This document shows, piece after piece, positions 30,801 through 32,000 of a stretch of 32,000 bases of DNA. How positions within the stretch are numbered: the first letter of the stretch is position 1; every line of letters begins with the position of its first letter. The notes below the pieces were generated by a model. The model worked only from the letters and a program-made list of their open reading frames with translations, had not been told where the DNA came from and ran no database searches. This DNA is from Candidatus Thorarchaeota archaeon (GTDB lineage Archaea; Asgardarchaeota; Heimdallarchaeia; Hodarchaeales; Hodarchaeaceae), in contig JBHLRO010000014.1 in the NCBI GenBank assembly GCA_048882505.1, forward strand, positions 1-32,000, given 5' to 3'. The position numbers were made by a program, and so were the translations under genes.

Positions 30801-31999
30801 CCATCTTTATCGAAGTCGATAATGGACAGGGGATCGAGGAGGACATCAATATCTCCATCAGCATCAATATCGCTGGCGTAATATTCGGGAGTCTGACTTC
30901 GATAATCATCTTTCTCACCGTCCATGTCAGTGTCGTAGTAGTCGTAGGTGTGATCGAATTCATCACGCACCGTAAGACCATCGCCATCCCAGTCAGCATA
31001 CTTCCAATAGAGCCAAATATCACTTTCATTTGAGGATTGGGAACCAATGACTTTCACATCATACCTGTCTTTGGGGTCTAATCCGAAGTGGAGTTCATAT
31101 ATGTCCCATATTCCGTCCCTGTCCGTATCGGGGTTGTTGGGATCCGTAGGGTCAAATTCCGTCTGGGGGCCATAGACCACGGCAGCGGCATCAATTGAGG
31201 TTTTGACCATGACATCGGCTTTATCGATAGTGCGGTTGGGGTACTGTTGGTTGAGGAGCGCTTTGGGTAACCCCATCACCTCTTCTACGTCCCAGAGACC
31301 GTCCGAATCGCTGTCTTTCTTGAGCGGGTTCGTGCTTGAATATGAAATAACGTCTAAGACGGTACCCCAGACTGGTCCGTTCTCATCCCAGTCAACAATC
31401 ACATCACGATCCCCGAAAAAGGATCCATAATATTCCTCGATATTGATCAGGGTGTCATTATTCTTATCGACGAACGCAAAATACTCCTCGTAGTCGGTCA
31501 AGCCATCCTCGTCGGAATCAGGGACAAAGGGTGAGGCGGTGCGCCAACAAGTGGGACATGTGCTCTTATTAGCAGGAACCCCAAACGTGGGATGAGTGCC
31601 ATTGTGCCAACCGTACGCAATGCCCGACGTACTATTGGTATCCCATTCATCATAGAAGACTCCGATTTCATATCCGTCAGGTAATTGATCAAAATCCGTA
31701 TCAGGATTGAGAGGATCGGTCAGATACTTGTATTTTTCATCAAAGTCGCCAATAAGATCTCCATCGGTATCGTAAATCCCAGGATGAGTCTCGTACATAA
31801 CCACAATATCGTAGTAGGTGGTGACACCTTCGGTGATCATTCCGATAGTAGAGGGCGCCGTATTTAGACTTAGATTGGCGACAAGATGACCATCCAATGA
31901 CAAAATCACTAGATTCTCGTATCCAGGAATGATATTGTCTTTCATCTTGAACAGGGTCATGTCATACCAGGTGTTGTACGTGAGATTGATCGGAAGGTC
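6851..31999 (-). CDS. Giant (>=8,382 aa, 5' truncated) Ca-binding lectin/Ig-repeat surface protein with a C-terminal clan CD cysteine peptidase domain
   Basis: A single stop-free frame runs from TAA (6851-6853) to the window edge. Upstream of the track's ATG31960 the frame continues (DLPINLTYNTWYD-MTLFK), and that M is not followed by a signal peptide. D/N/T/S/Y/W-rich and Lys-poor, with many N-x-S/T sequons. Confidence 0.93.
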   Translation of the reverse strand, partial: DLPINLTYNTWYDMTLFKMKDNIIPGYENLVILSLDGHLVANLSLNTAPSTIGMITEGVTTYYDIVVMYETHPGIYDTDGDLIGDFDEKYKYLTDPLNPDTDFDQLPDGYEIGVFYDEWDTNSTSGIAYGWHNGTHPTFGVPANKSTCPTCWRTASPFVPDSDEDGLTDYEEYFAFVDKNNDTLINIEEYYGSFFGDRDVIVDWDENGPVWGTVLDVISYSSTNPLKKDSDSDGLWDVEEVMGLPKALLNQQYPNRTIDKADVMVKTSIDAAAVVYGPQTEFDPTDPNNPDTDRDGIWDIYELHFGLDPKDRYDVKVIGSQSSNESDIWLYWKYADWDGDGLTVRDEFDHTYDYYDTDMDGEKDDYRSQTPEYYASDIDADGDIDVLLDPLSIIDFDKDGVTDYEEITGYIRFGHDTNFDGKPEFSINGVFTPSSDEIFGAAGAVDMVPYDTWLRVIFPYTLAYIPVILASIKKKSAADKDSQGEYVAITNVTAASFEMKIEGINASAPAFDELVEWVAFKPGNYSVAGLDIEVGSYTHNGTGAYDHAFNTNFVSQPVVVAQLQTRNSTSPSWVRFNDVSRSAMQGVFIEEDNHVTHNRVETIGYVAVASTGAFNAASFTMGHTNRIDGVWMYQDWVEVHFDRSRARPLVFTQIQTKRDQAGALLLQYNTTATSTSTIIKESELDGSIAEIYSMNNTPAFYTQMANDTWTQTGLVTVRDFTSTDWINESLVVLFSGFEGYKSPWISQALEGSSIGYSSYSQGGNYSLSINDSLQVPSFTQESSSPSLMGTGDWFNTSDATLDRADYNYINSLLLNETFEQLPFTNWTISDGVYVTQNDSIYYAGNYSARLTDFLITLTQLGSPSTVGVNNGWISPEAVYSADYQELNTNLLADPGFETYPFADWNVSDPTYIVRNSTIAYVGSFSAMIESAILSFGGGIPEDYVDMLSDVDGVADVGNHSDFNLLRNLDGLNDTMIEESTTGIPGVYDDFKVIRGSSILPAGSTSITLTEGVDYLLDSGVTSSTSFIRITNSRLTGMGRTSGGGSQYIDDFTVYITDPANIENSVTLSRVGTSNDNRLDWEIIQYIGSPGGSNEFIVHQASAGLTTGTTVIGPTVTTIGDNNQVAIFVTGQSSSYTGRSVWGAAQFTAELVANGPNWDPLLTRGRAQDTGYVSWATVEFTGSNWRPVQRIAFTSADAGASPWTSSATENSGIYPIASPLLNASKAFLHAQYRNENGGNQGLDDSGENVEITTSTTDLTIRRRTSSGASLKYHVVWLIESTASSMFVEHVAHYEDNGGTEERVSTTTLSNNFNVNSSSVFGEVVSSDGSGTAYPRGSVNFRITGANQATKTTSDSGQEYRIGFDVIQWPTTTIVGNYELDMEIHFTNSAFNSELEELAIYAGALDTEQILVDVWYGGGWTNVLTDLNANAWSNVSVSSYLDSPDFYVRFRDGIPSSDTSQGSWDIDAVILRTGNTTQVTLDKSISTFDHDEYRTFEFFFYLDSLNGSDAVVYRFNSTAGNSMVLCISDFGNMTLSGAGFTTEQLGTLSLDTWHNLRLVYNNRTMTPTLALTIDQMINRTSTNPIVPEHVYIETNNQTGTVIFIDQFNETRSLYQGVAKGIGTINGSWSGFGYNLPSNATAIELDLTIGAFEWNGTGSSLINASVWDVSSSTWIPVGVIPLTGSLVNYTLTGIPISDYQDINSLNISLSLNGNTNYVYIDSIDSSVRYVPLRTENMGYVLPTIAPNEVQYFDIFFYLEELSHDGYVKFSFNNTVEDVLALTLRPTLINVTSSSLNSSVSVPQTSYQDVWHSFRLTFDTRMANDTLTLYYDDFVVTQLNVTSIPTNLTIQTSYEGKSRIFLDAFTDVQVKEYGIVMAKGLASGVWDSFNHNIPASAENMNLQLAFGMEAVGYTSTNPLSVNVSTYDVSNGNWSTPYVVSVDSVYQNFTITQSIDDYLDINNLAVNFTVDSPNIVTLDYLTSQVSYYTYSANSSTASSTYASLHLPPGAIPQPLDNMTYSFGLSVQSLTGWDNQSIQLRLASGYWQNDSVRLNIYKNGSVYIRGPGLYENETLFYDGISIGTNSWYNFTLNYNLIDLQPDGNYTLTVNIVNTSGTLASVSSSGVIVLPDLFILETPEEGLGTEAYLDNFQIENKILHNGQYVRFSDMVAYTRGPTDGIFWNFNFHDSLPPSNVTSINFTAQVAMWTYQNTADVGVYFWDETLPNHGQSGYENWTGSIVSIDTTPTLYNFTLTSRDSSTFTEEMRIRLNTSTTELVMIDSITMNMTYQVAPVVHLREQVGYLFLNSPVSLTGDSLGIINAGKVTYSTLSGWPLGYLLTPPAYDNGSIVGGYNASYTYYLPPDLDSYGHPAEPGYSCTTCNRPFWWDADSDNDNMSDAHEVYGVVNIPGTDYLDFDGITGHTWDVGQLQNQTGPIEGIKTIYMPAVGDVTNPRDMDTDSDFLTDFEEIFFSNGTIRPDTGIGSWSSPLKSDTDGDSLLDVRERIWNTDNSKSDTDDDGLSDASEVSTPYIRLEDNPFPDDWRALVYAYSDNQSFGIDPRGVNPYTNLTDTYWTCGGCPANVRVTDPTDADTDSEWFDDTNGNGIFDVGETYTDEQPDGEYNGDHINDGEELNIFLTSPLMYDTDNDLLSDFKEIGLLKADGTVRGNAEYVNESFSGGIVGERTVSWPWYWAGLKGKDYQQQIWLDAWNDQAIRGSVHSDSYVELPFNSSIIITPWWDYTLTTYQYPVTISWEYRVDQDTFNNGTGYEVALIHTDDSPTLLGTYSFDSTSIDWVTNSSSYTWANNSWTGRLDDKWSPPIKAIRFSFEADIHYNSFEAEPIYAVQKIVVSARGDWSVGVDVLATIDERFLPVYSDLHLRDSDKDGLYDGREFWEGTNPLHFDTDQDFLDDYTEANGMYIFQMPQYNTTNYGELNKTTYLGLPNSIGLFEQTFNDARDWLLTNNETFVYWTNEVDPNDTVTTFTVYHTEEVVIEEPRTDPLNRDSDFDGLLDGEEIGHTVLTYQEWYLEPSFFDTMNKSSYLYWAIPNLGFNKTSGDAYTYLDDLETQDTVYWTSAVDPGNNVTTFDVYVMEKVPVWRDPQNKYMTWNWNGSTGAWVDFNNNGYIGEVVFNSGGTMYSLFDSQWMYNDTYYYGLDTYLPFGGVAHSISESVIYLEGNPQDDYVYWVKEFILGNETVSDFFHVMRTTRLSEGDIDPFGRIRDNQYEYNATVDDYLFDIDGSTYAFNHSFVKTNPWKTDSDDDAFLLYLYEPFPNGRLAGAVNLTAFGADVYVPSGSYINTAQYYYYLDWLNDPANTYQVDPMLMGFAPSLSMQVTMANFFWIERNTDLGERTGYGRNELSSRSYQDIKFIAPWWNDWLPEYHANYVEGTNSWMNENFDSNALANHKPTQELEIFGVDLNDVPVIWGTNWDIIQSDATVADILNTSPKVMWESVYSDVELWPVEYRYGTEGGFVTWDGEFTHPDPEYGTLNGSWNALSRYRLDYKAIHDEYPFPYDPDPTFQDKQEAVDYKFIKGTRPSGMISYALSPNYDNDFLTDGITMFGEKNPANTYYYSGSTYTWTATKSWKCYDMSFPYTDCYAGMQDDPHLGQIYTDKMTGVNDAITWLETAGNENESHVFFGWLVPVNSEYGWTYQYKVTRPMGTLGVEVTAYTPAFWSKPDLIREFGVDVAYEWNMATAPDSYEVVEIIGWEPFWTYVGRSPNLLFPRFNSPWYYSETDVYNWFQSNPNEEYLFMFDDIYWFYQVHVKKYRSYYSTASDSFGWESFLADIDHYSTKIDPDGDTIRDGFPSPLYSLTEGTHTIFYRDIPTKENYALDTDNDGFENAIDSNSDGDAFTDTEEASLMLPSLNTDLLDPLDPYIDVWDNVIDPFHLTSPIDTLDIQTESDKLVDYTDDYHDGLGGSRIDGLIVSNSSGWTSRDNSIIDGNELDRIYIDANANFVFDLGDLLVSENTTLVDGCTSPQSCPDPVFVQNKFDTVMNTSVTPWQTYNLIAEIEDNDGITQGLFPIIIDKEDIMITYNDTANLHFTATVGEVGRIEYQMVDPENYSETITHNVTDVDYEVFYNNTWNQLIDTPPSHTSRNLTFETVSSNPAFGGNVLPQGTHYYRLNITENIFYKNTTIHTNSSGGFHSTLSEAIYGPDLSEFYLSLSPLQLTFTIDSSTSSFGDGLESGNAEETGFVIDITDSTGADLHRFNAAGNIDAFDLSFMRADMVIEKWNQTSSSWYSIDLANPLVNYTDFITTEYIGSVPDFLYPAYTPNLGMSDLPNTEQEAIDFLRNNSQFSNVYWVSDVVGSNYEVQRTWNEGLPDYNNTSSTYQILSRGSTSDWNSNPETMDKFMDGTYFDMATDPYVEISPYNTTDNKTDYGPHSTDWGVQQPRGSCGSHPSNDMQPPCTNYPSARSLVLTEMYLPYTSIVKDLSLYATHSSIGLGTVIRGVIYELNGNQLDLIATTDDIFLNAWYFTPEWFQLNFNPYVTLQGDKDYWVGFQIPDDASDFLHVEYAMPTPDNTTYHNNGTTIFGTLDPSLGYDPDWTITPSVVNPAHIPNSHERVLTIKLGIDSYGVEPTSHSLPIVGQYFSDNPSAIEVNWIYRTASDPTAPNLYYFLNTPMTPNVNTDTVIWLQWWNQLSANYPNQRAILYDGKPLVLDEGHFRINFRLDPTSDASQFYDTAYNSSWTEFDVGPPSLQLRLSLQDLVFSYNQSSPAVEGMVSAGTLPQYNNLFYTIWVDEDNEGDQDPGELVLADNVTANQVGRYDLPSLSWDTFDRYTSAVNYTLMVNGTKSDVINPAYASAIFTIEKGLAIFSYTTQNYGDVIQSQGKTVTLEAYLWDVTNVSDPVPLDGESVTFEYKHQDNSTWNWIGSAITDSTGKATIVDWNIPSGLPLGYYEIKVALSSSPRYRDRTRTTDNFRVVVAETAVISMSSISIPWSDPMPSSNLQVTNLVDNSGVKVHAWIDLDGDQVYDSGSELLFVNDTSDAAGYVSIPGKSWAEISGPTWFHNYTNTWLLYISYERSGIFNQTTVRTFTIANETSVVRGYNADGTAYEYKDQDYWWFEGATIPLFGHVFEDDTPIGSVPVQGIEIHFNYSIDGGTTWYRIPGTCSTNSTGQCGVNFFWDDSFWSPSPSDRWVKIKTIFNGTNIDQYYDGGTFALDSFLLRDREKMNLTASAITTEWSHDAPETTIVDGVSVTDMRDNSNVNVFAWVDINDNDAYDSGTEPIIIDNLLTTGVTNGTLDITPVSWASYLYQYFTDMGNYTLIFNASRGIYVEPKTIEVPFNITVETFNIWTPGVNTSYGGDVPACLGCEYVTSLTDPQNVNIFAWVDFIQNGVFNSGNDLLVINNAITNSTGHVDRPLLTWNPPTDLNWYYTQYGPGTHDFIINASRDRFLQTNITTFDWIFRHDRPKFLSPPPDIEFPDYIEFTTGHSIMWNVTDPYDSGSYVVEYDYVDAVTSWVAWDSGTWVYDTPITVSVDGLSPTGTYTFRINVTDQQAYTTSDLVNVTVYNPLPSIEIQDYTTPYIHLVNGTSINWTVRDVNSIQSGGSYQIYYKNSTDIQWKPWLNDPSGSGTWITDGVASDLISVVIDGLNYTMTPYYFMANVTDQSGDFNTSSSVQIDVTNPLATVVEKSAPPGYEYLEFTTGHIIEWDATDQNSPHADAGSYQAYLKVGPSGSWGEWHPADGSGTGTWNSTGAAFTIAVTIDGLSASVDPYYFRLNVTDESGDNTGSAEISILVYNDPPVLSDNPNIPVYYQGQDNYINLTWTVNDPYDLGTWRIQWLDGYWKDLTGYNTTGTWNDTLGTSDTIYASIPNTHLEGNPIGRLCQFRLKVLDAFGSEVFDGVDVTSYNNPPSGISPDPHMDYYQNYSPLTLNWTISDYNSTYDVHDSGTWQVQHYINDAWEDIPGESGTWLDGTGSPQATIVLSTLVGNNTGISYIYRLVVADSAVPGNQVTSDNTTVTVYNYPPSISGFPTTYGGTYYEDDGGDLTLDFTVNDYQGLPSQPQVGDSGGWFSEYRIDGGTWAPWTGTGSSGSWFVTDGAGDLVNFVVLQSDLKGSAAGRLYEFRVNVSDSASPANSVLSNVYDVTVYNPIPTTTSPPDIPIYVEDSTGNIIAWTVSDQYDQTGTYDVLWKVLGAPDTSYVIWSTYDDITWTHDVEFQVDIDGLVGGSYTFLMNATDDALPVNFVSDPVDVIVEAGPNVVQNPDIPNDLLQYNVGETGNQITWVITEGTGDPADYYVIERDGWALRPEEITQTMALVWEDDMSDVSLWTQQNDHPYYENAGNENWHDMTSYNAPIDSENLVLQLLLNEGSGNSAADSSHARHHGTIYGPNYSRTTSYRPEAGNSLWLGGYTDKNYIYIPDSSDFTPGTNGMTWMAWVYPTYMGCNHHVISKQNYPSPMEWEFKLKSENCPPDPYTAKHRVELNLYDDSYGSASQRGKISSVMIDDNEWSFIAATYDGTQGTNAHQGIKIYINGVEDTGATSQVGGGTFTLVRNTVNPINIGRRLDDYYIFGGGIDEPTLYNDDLSASEILTIFNGNDVITPETPHYLDYWLPYGSPGHDPLAYQAAGMVRELGISEAEDWHLTFSTELDTFPYVDGTYSPSGTHQIIILNEFMEEMVYLLYGDGSASSGAHRYYTYAYYYTAGGTQTQIYSPAAVNGYNMKGDVQLKKEGQTISVFFVCNTQGTIVAGCGVWQDLTAAAGGADLLQRGTPTYIRLTTSGRGRRPRNNYFHHVKVEGTPTVWKTLYEPSTVLSDKDPIAHFKLDENTGSIVYDTSGHGLDGNFGGTPTWTSGYEGSALYYDATGDRVYVDGLATNFVDTDVFSISAWVKRTSSCGMCTIWGKSWSTTMWFGLSGNRLLLQNDDQPALSTTTIPTDTWTHVTVVYNREGGRNARFYINGQPDSANPIFAGDPHGDTAAATDGWIGYEMRSGYQYTMRGTIDEFRIYDLALSPTEAKALYDSYVGGWHQAREDPAIDWSIAYNQDVINYFDGTDNLLTPETPYSTDWWNNGANFAGITHAVTLPTTRDWRIDVDFIYDADNFNSGSSISHSGLFQIYFLNANKEPVIRFSYEDSDASYPGVFPFGREMQFSAQYYDALGTDIPLLSENPVSGASIIDGVLSLQYINGLGSYRFPDDPSYPFSSADTWQSIPSNGFERGPIAYIMFHYETDDYRPAEMAVRSVTVESEGTPAETQIPWTDPETVTANVDGLDAGTYPYTITAYNTGGYYNDDTVTVQVSNPIPLLTGRDSPAEPLYSEAGASNILSMTFFDTDADYYKIFDDVSQTWIVDGTSNLWTSGTPITFDLASLTDPTLANLYTEYNLIWYAYDSAGQANDHLEDHPTRDASIRVRITDNAPNVIQTPPDDTIAFGQLGYTLVWDVYDGNPSQYRIGHCVGDWSTCNNYPTNYVFTDSWSTDWTTWDGDDVSMLLNGLVGGSYFVAEFTDQSAQSAQSGYTRIDTIDWSIQVVGSTSTYWSDDMARHDDVIDVGWIPEGMSSVSVTVWINEDSDNVPDCNQAPYELCWEGLVPIWNPIRGKGEVDIPATLWSTIAGKLDSGGTPGDYSIFAQAYHSNWGTIRDTVGGNADFDILKELASVTIAETNYGGGAVGYPQGVPNSLVFTGTATEQGEGTPVRDGEVYTLQVYGWLWQKSDNQNQPKLHWVVEEGGGWNSMRDYNGNIITGVTGDGTGKIGHYDVFFFDFVEVILEQWAWQDTFPDYEFRWIRTGSTYYADHNSVTPAYVNVVPPSSGRENHLNSLSEFTTWTEGTNIGMGISSWSSSVYSSPNSLHCWGTIIDAGWCHADWDYTPSWSNPSYKGFHLYDYLVKSSSVSDFSWGGEDIYLSINFLPISYDTDMRIIFNKYLNWYLQLKNNYLYVYAQGQQRDAIALETPTPGYWWGIEVLITGNPYYYFDPPLATGHHYIAIKVTKAGVLKYETNYGRWSDPIDMGSYVQGVGKYSGTVEVKAQVGTLVYVDGYIDHLRWTGTPSGQIWNAPSSVNSTQGVYTTWENSGLQASDFLSWTDTFYYENLEDISVDGIDFITNSTQSQSLDTNSMIYNLGNDTWQVLNVAEVPSNATLGTFTINSTYNVQINGSMSQNTTSIIGGVFNSTQVSNIPLYNAGQTVNQELYNTNFTKLATDEQFALLSNVRYFYDLMRTSRINESNSFAGSFDVDTVISSYLEISEEHKIALVLATPSNQFNDLSQLGTLYNDYLTQIQTYRDKGYRVFWLVDEFLNYQSLENVVNLIDVLEKDVWNTTIIVNYGGHAIDISNNGFANETQGIVTNNGHLILDTELRELVNVWETSNQLFVFNTCFGEGMLYELESDKRSLIAAQKDDRPLFSNTFDRYSVFYGNWLQIWDWTLSVEENFLFLQSRFGDAIIPVFVDGDKNKNLYI
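6854..7480 (-). other. Caspase/legumain-like (clan CD; C13/C14-like) peptidase domain at the C-terminus of the giant protein
   Basis: KIALV first strand; IIVNYGGH (His codon 7241-7243); LFVFNTCFGEGM (Cys codon 7097-7099). His-Cys spacing is 48 aa, each after a hydrophobic strand. Ends with SLIAA..., SVEENF and P.FVDG, as in prokaryotic caspase-family proteins. Confidence 0.72.
9670..10310 (-). repeat. Two Ig-like repeats (distal stalk)
   Basis: NPIP...D.DADYYKI...WTSGTPITF...YNL...YDSAG and NAP..PPD...VWDVYDGNPSQYRI...W....LNGL..G match the repeat pattern at 13430-15795. Confidence 0.65.
11140..11750 (-). other. LamG/concanavalin-A-like domain
   Basis: AHFKLDENTGSIVYDTSG...FSISAWVK...WTHVTVVY...RFYINGQ...GTIDEFRIYDLALSPTEAKALY is a classic LamG_3 signature. 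Confidence 0.9.
12415..13120 (-). other. LamG/concanavalin-A-like domain
   Basis: LVLQLLLNEGSGNSAADSS...MTWMAWVYP...WSFIAATYDG...KIYINGV...GGIDEPTLYNDDLSASEI. Confidence 0.9.
13430..15795 (-). repeat. Seven tandem Ig-like repeats (~105-125 aa), followed by an eighth, split repeat
   Basis: Recurring N.PP...P...Y.(EFTTG)..I.W.V.D....G.(Y/W)...W....SGTW.....I.V.IDGL....Y.F..NVTD......S..V.V.VY. Diverged at the DNA level. Confidence 0.8.
15990..20190 (-). repeat. Dispersed beta-sandwich domains carrying an SdrD-B-like W.D.N.N..(Y/Q)D.GE Ca loop
   Basis: YIDANANFVFDLGD (~20170), WVDEDNEGDQDPGE (~17790), WIDLDGDQVYDSGSE (~17110), WVDINDNDAYDSGTE (~16370), WVDFIQNGVFNSGND (~16015). A sixth, WINEDSDNVPD, lies at ~9505. 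Confidence 0.6.
20450..24860 (-). repeat. TSP3-like DxDxDG Ca-binding repeats (second to fourth blocks)
   Basis: Examples: DSDNDNMSDAHE, DTDSDFLTDFEE, SPLKSDTDGDSLLD, DTDDDGLSDASE, DTDNDLLSDFKE, DSDKDGLYDGRE.GTNPLHFDTDQD, TDPLNRDSDFDGLLDGEE, DTDNDGFEN. Confidence 0.85.
25148..27550 (-). repeat. Three tandem ~250-290-aa units, each a ConA-like domain plus a jelly-roll domain
   Basis: Aligned anchors: FFFYLDSL/IFFYLEEL/FGLSVQSL; DTWHNLRLVY/DVWHSFRLTF/NSWYNFTLNY; IFIDQF/IFLDAF/AYLDNF; AKG..GSW..NLP/AKG..GVW..NIP/TRG..GIFW..SLP; YIDSI/TLDYL/MIDSI. Confidence 0.65.
29210..29570 (-). repeat. Two diverged copies of a ~40-aa segment resembling a CBM4/9 N-terminus
   Basis: LLNETFEQLPFTNWTISDGVYVTQNDSIYYAGNYSARL versus LLADPGFETYPFADWNVSDPTYIVRNSTIAYVGSFSAMI. 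Confidence 0.6.
30020..30650 (-). repeat. Three H-type-lectin-like repeats
   Basis: W.RVIFP......PVILASI...ITNVTAASF...ELVEWVAF.PG; F...F..QPVVVAQLQT.N....WVR..DV....EED...H..ETIGYVA; W..V.F....RPLVFTQIQT (third copy truncated). Confidence 0.6.
30780..31775 (-). repeat. TSP3-like DxDxDG Ca-binding repeats (first block, about 9-11 loops)
   Basis: DTDGDLIGDFDE, TDPLNPDTDFDQLPDGYE, DSDEDGLTDYEE, TNPLKKDSDSDGLWDVEE, TDPNNPDTDRDGIWD, DWDGDGL, DTDMDG, DIDADG, DFDKDGVTDYEE. Confidence 0.88.
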
Positions 32000-32000
32000 G

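Noticed and set aside
11507-31558. CxxC motifs as multihaem cytochrome sites
   Set aside because: None is CxxCH.
9279-31867. Dozens of 60-160-aa ORFs inside the giant gene, on both strands
   Set aside because: Shadow ORFs of a long biased coding frame, with no recognisable motifs or start signals.
31958-31960. ATG31960 as the true start of the giant protein
   Set aside because: The frame stays open to the window edge and no signal peptide follows this Met.
1-32000. CRISPR array, rRNA/tRNA genes, IS terminal repeats, exact tandem DNA repeats
   Set aside because: None seen. All repeats detected are diverged and visible only at the protein level.

Overview
Archaeal chromosome window, most likely Asgard (Heimdallarchaeia-like). 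This is inferred from a eukaryote-like eL41, a GAGGTGA Shine-Dalgarno, 'VDGL..G.Y' Ig repeats and an xxGF-TM-basic C-terminal anchor. Bases 1-2266 hold housekeeping genes: the end of a thioredoxin, an eL41/eS32 ribosomal peptide missed by the ORF track (128-196), RNase Z, and a glutaminase-less asparagine-synthetase-type ATPase. Bases ~2450-5000 are an orphan islet with two hypothetical genes and several inverted repeats. Bases 5018-6784 encode a secreted, membrane-anchored parallel beta-helix protein. The remaining 25 kb is one uninterrupted minus-strand ORF whose frame is still open at the window edge, so the protein is at least 8,382 aa. It is an acidic, Ca-binding, lectin/Ig-rich surface protein with TSP3-like DxDxDG blocks, H-type-lectin-like repeats, ConA/LamG domains and Ig stalks, one of them split by a ~950-aa insert. 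It has no C-terminal membrane anchor and instead ends in a caspase/legumain-like (clan CD) His-Cys peptidase domain. The best candidate for an undescribed system is this giant adhesin-like protein with its own terminal cysteine peptidase. All domain calls come from motif recognition by eye; no database searches were run.
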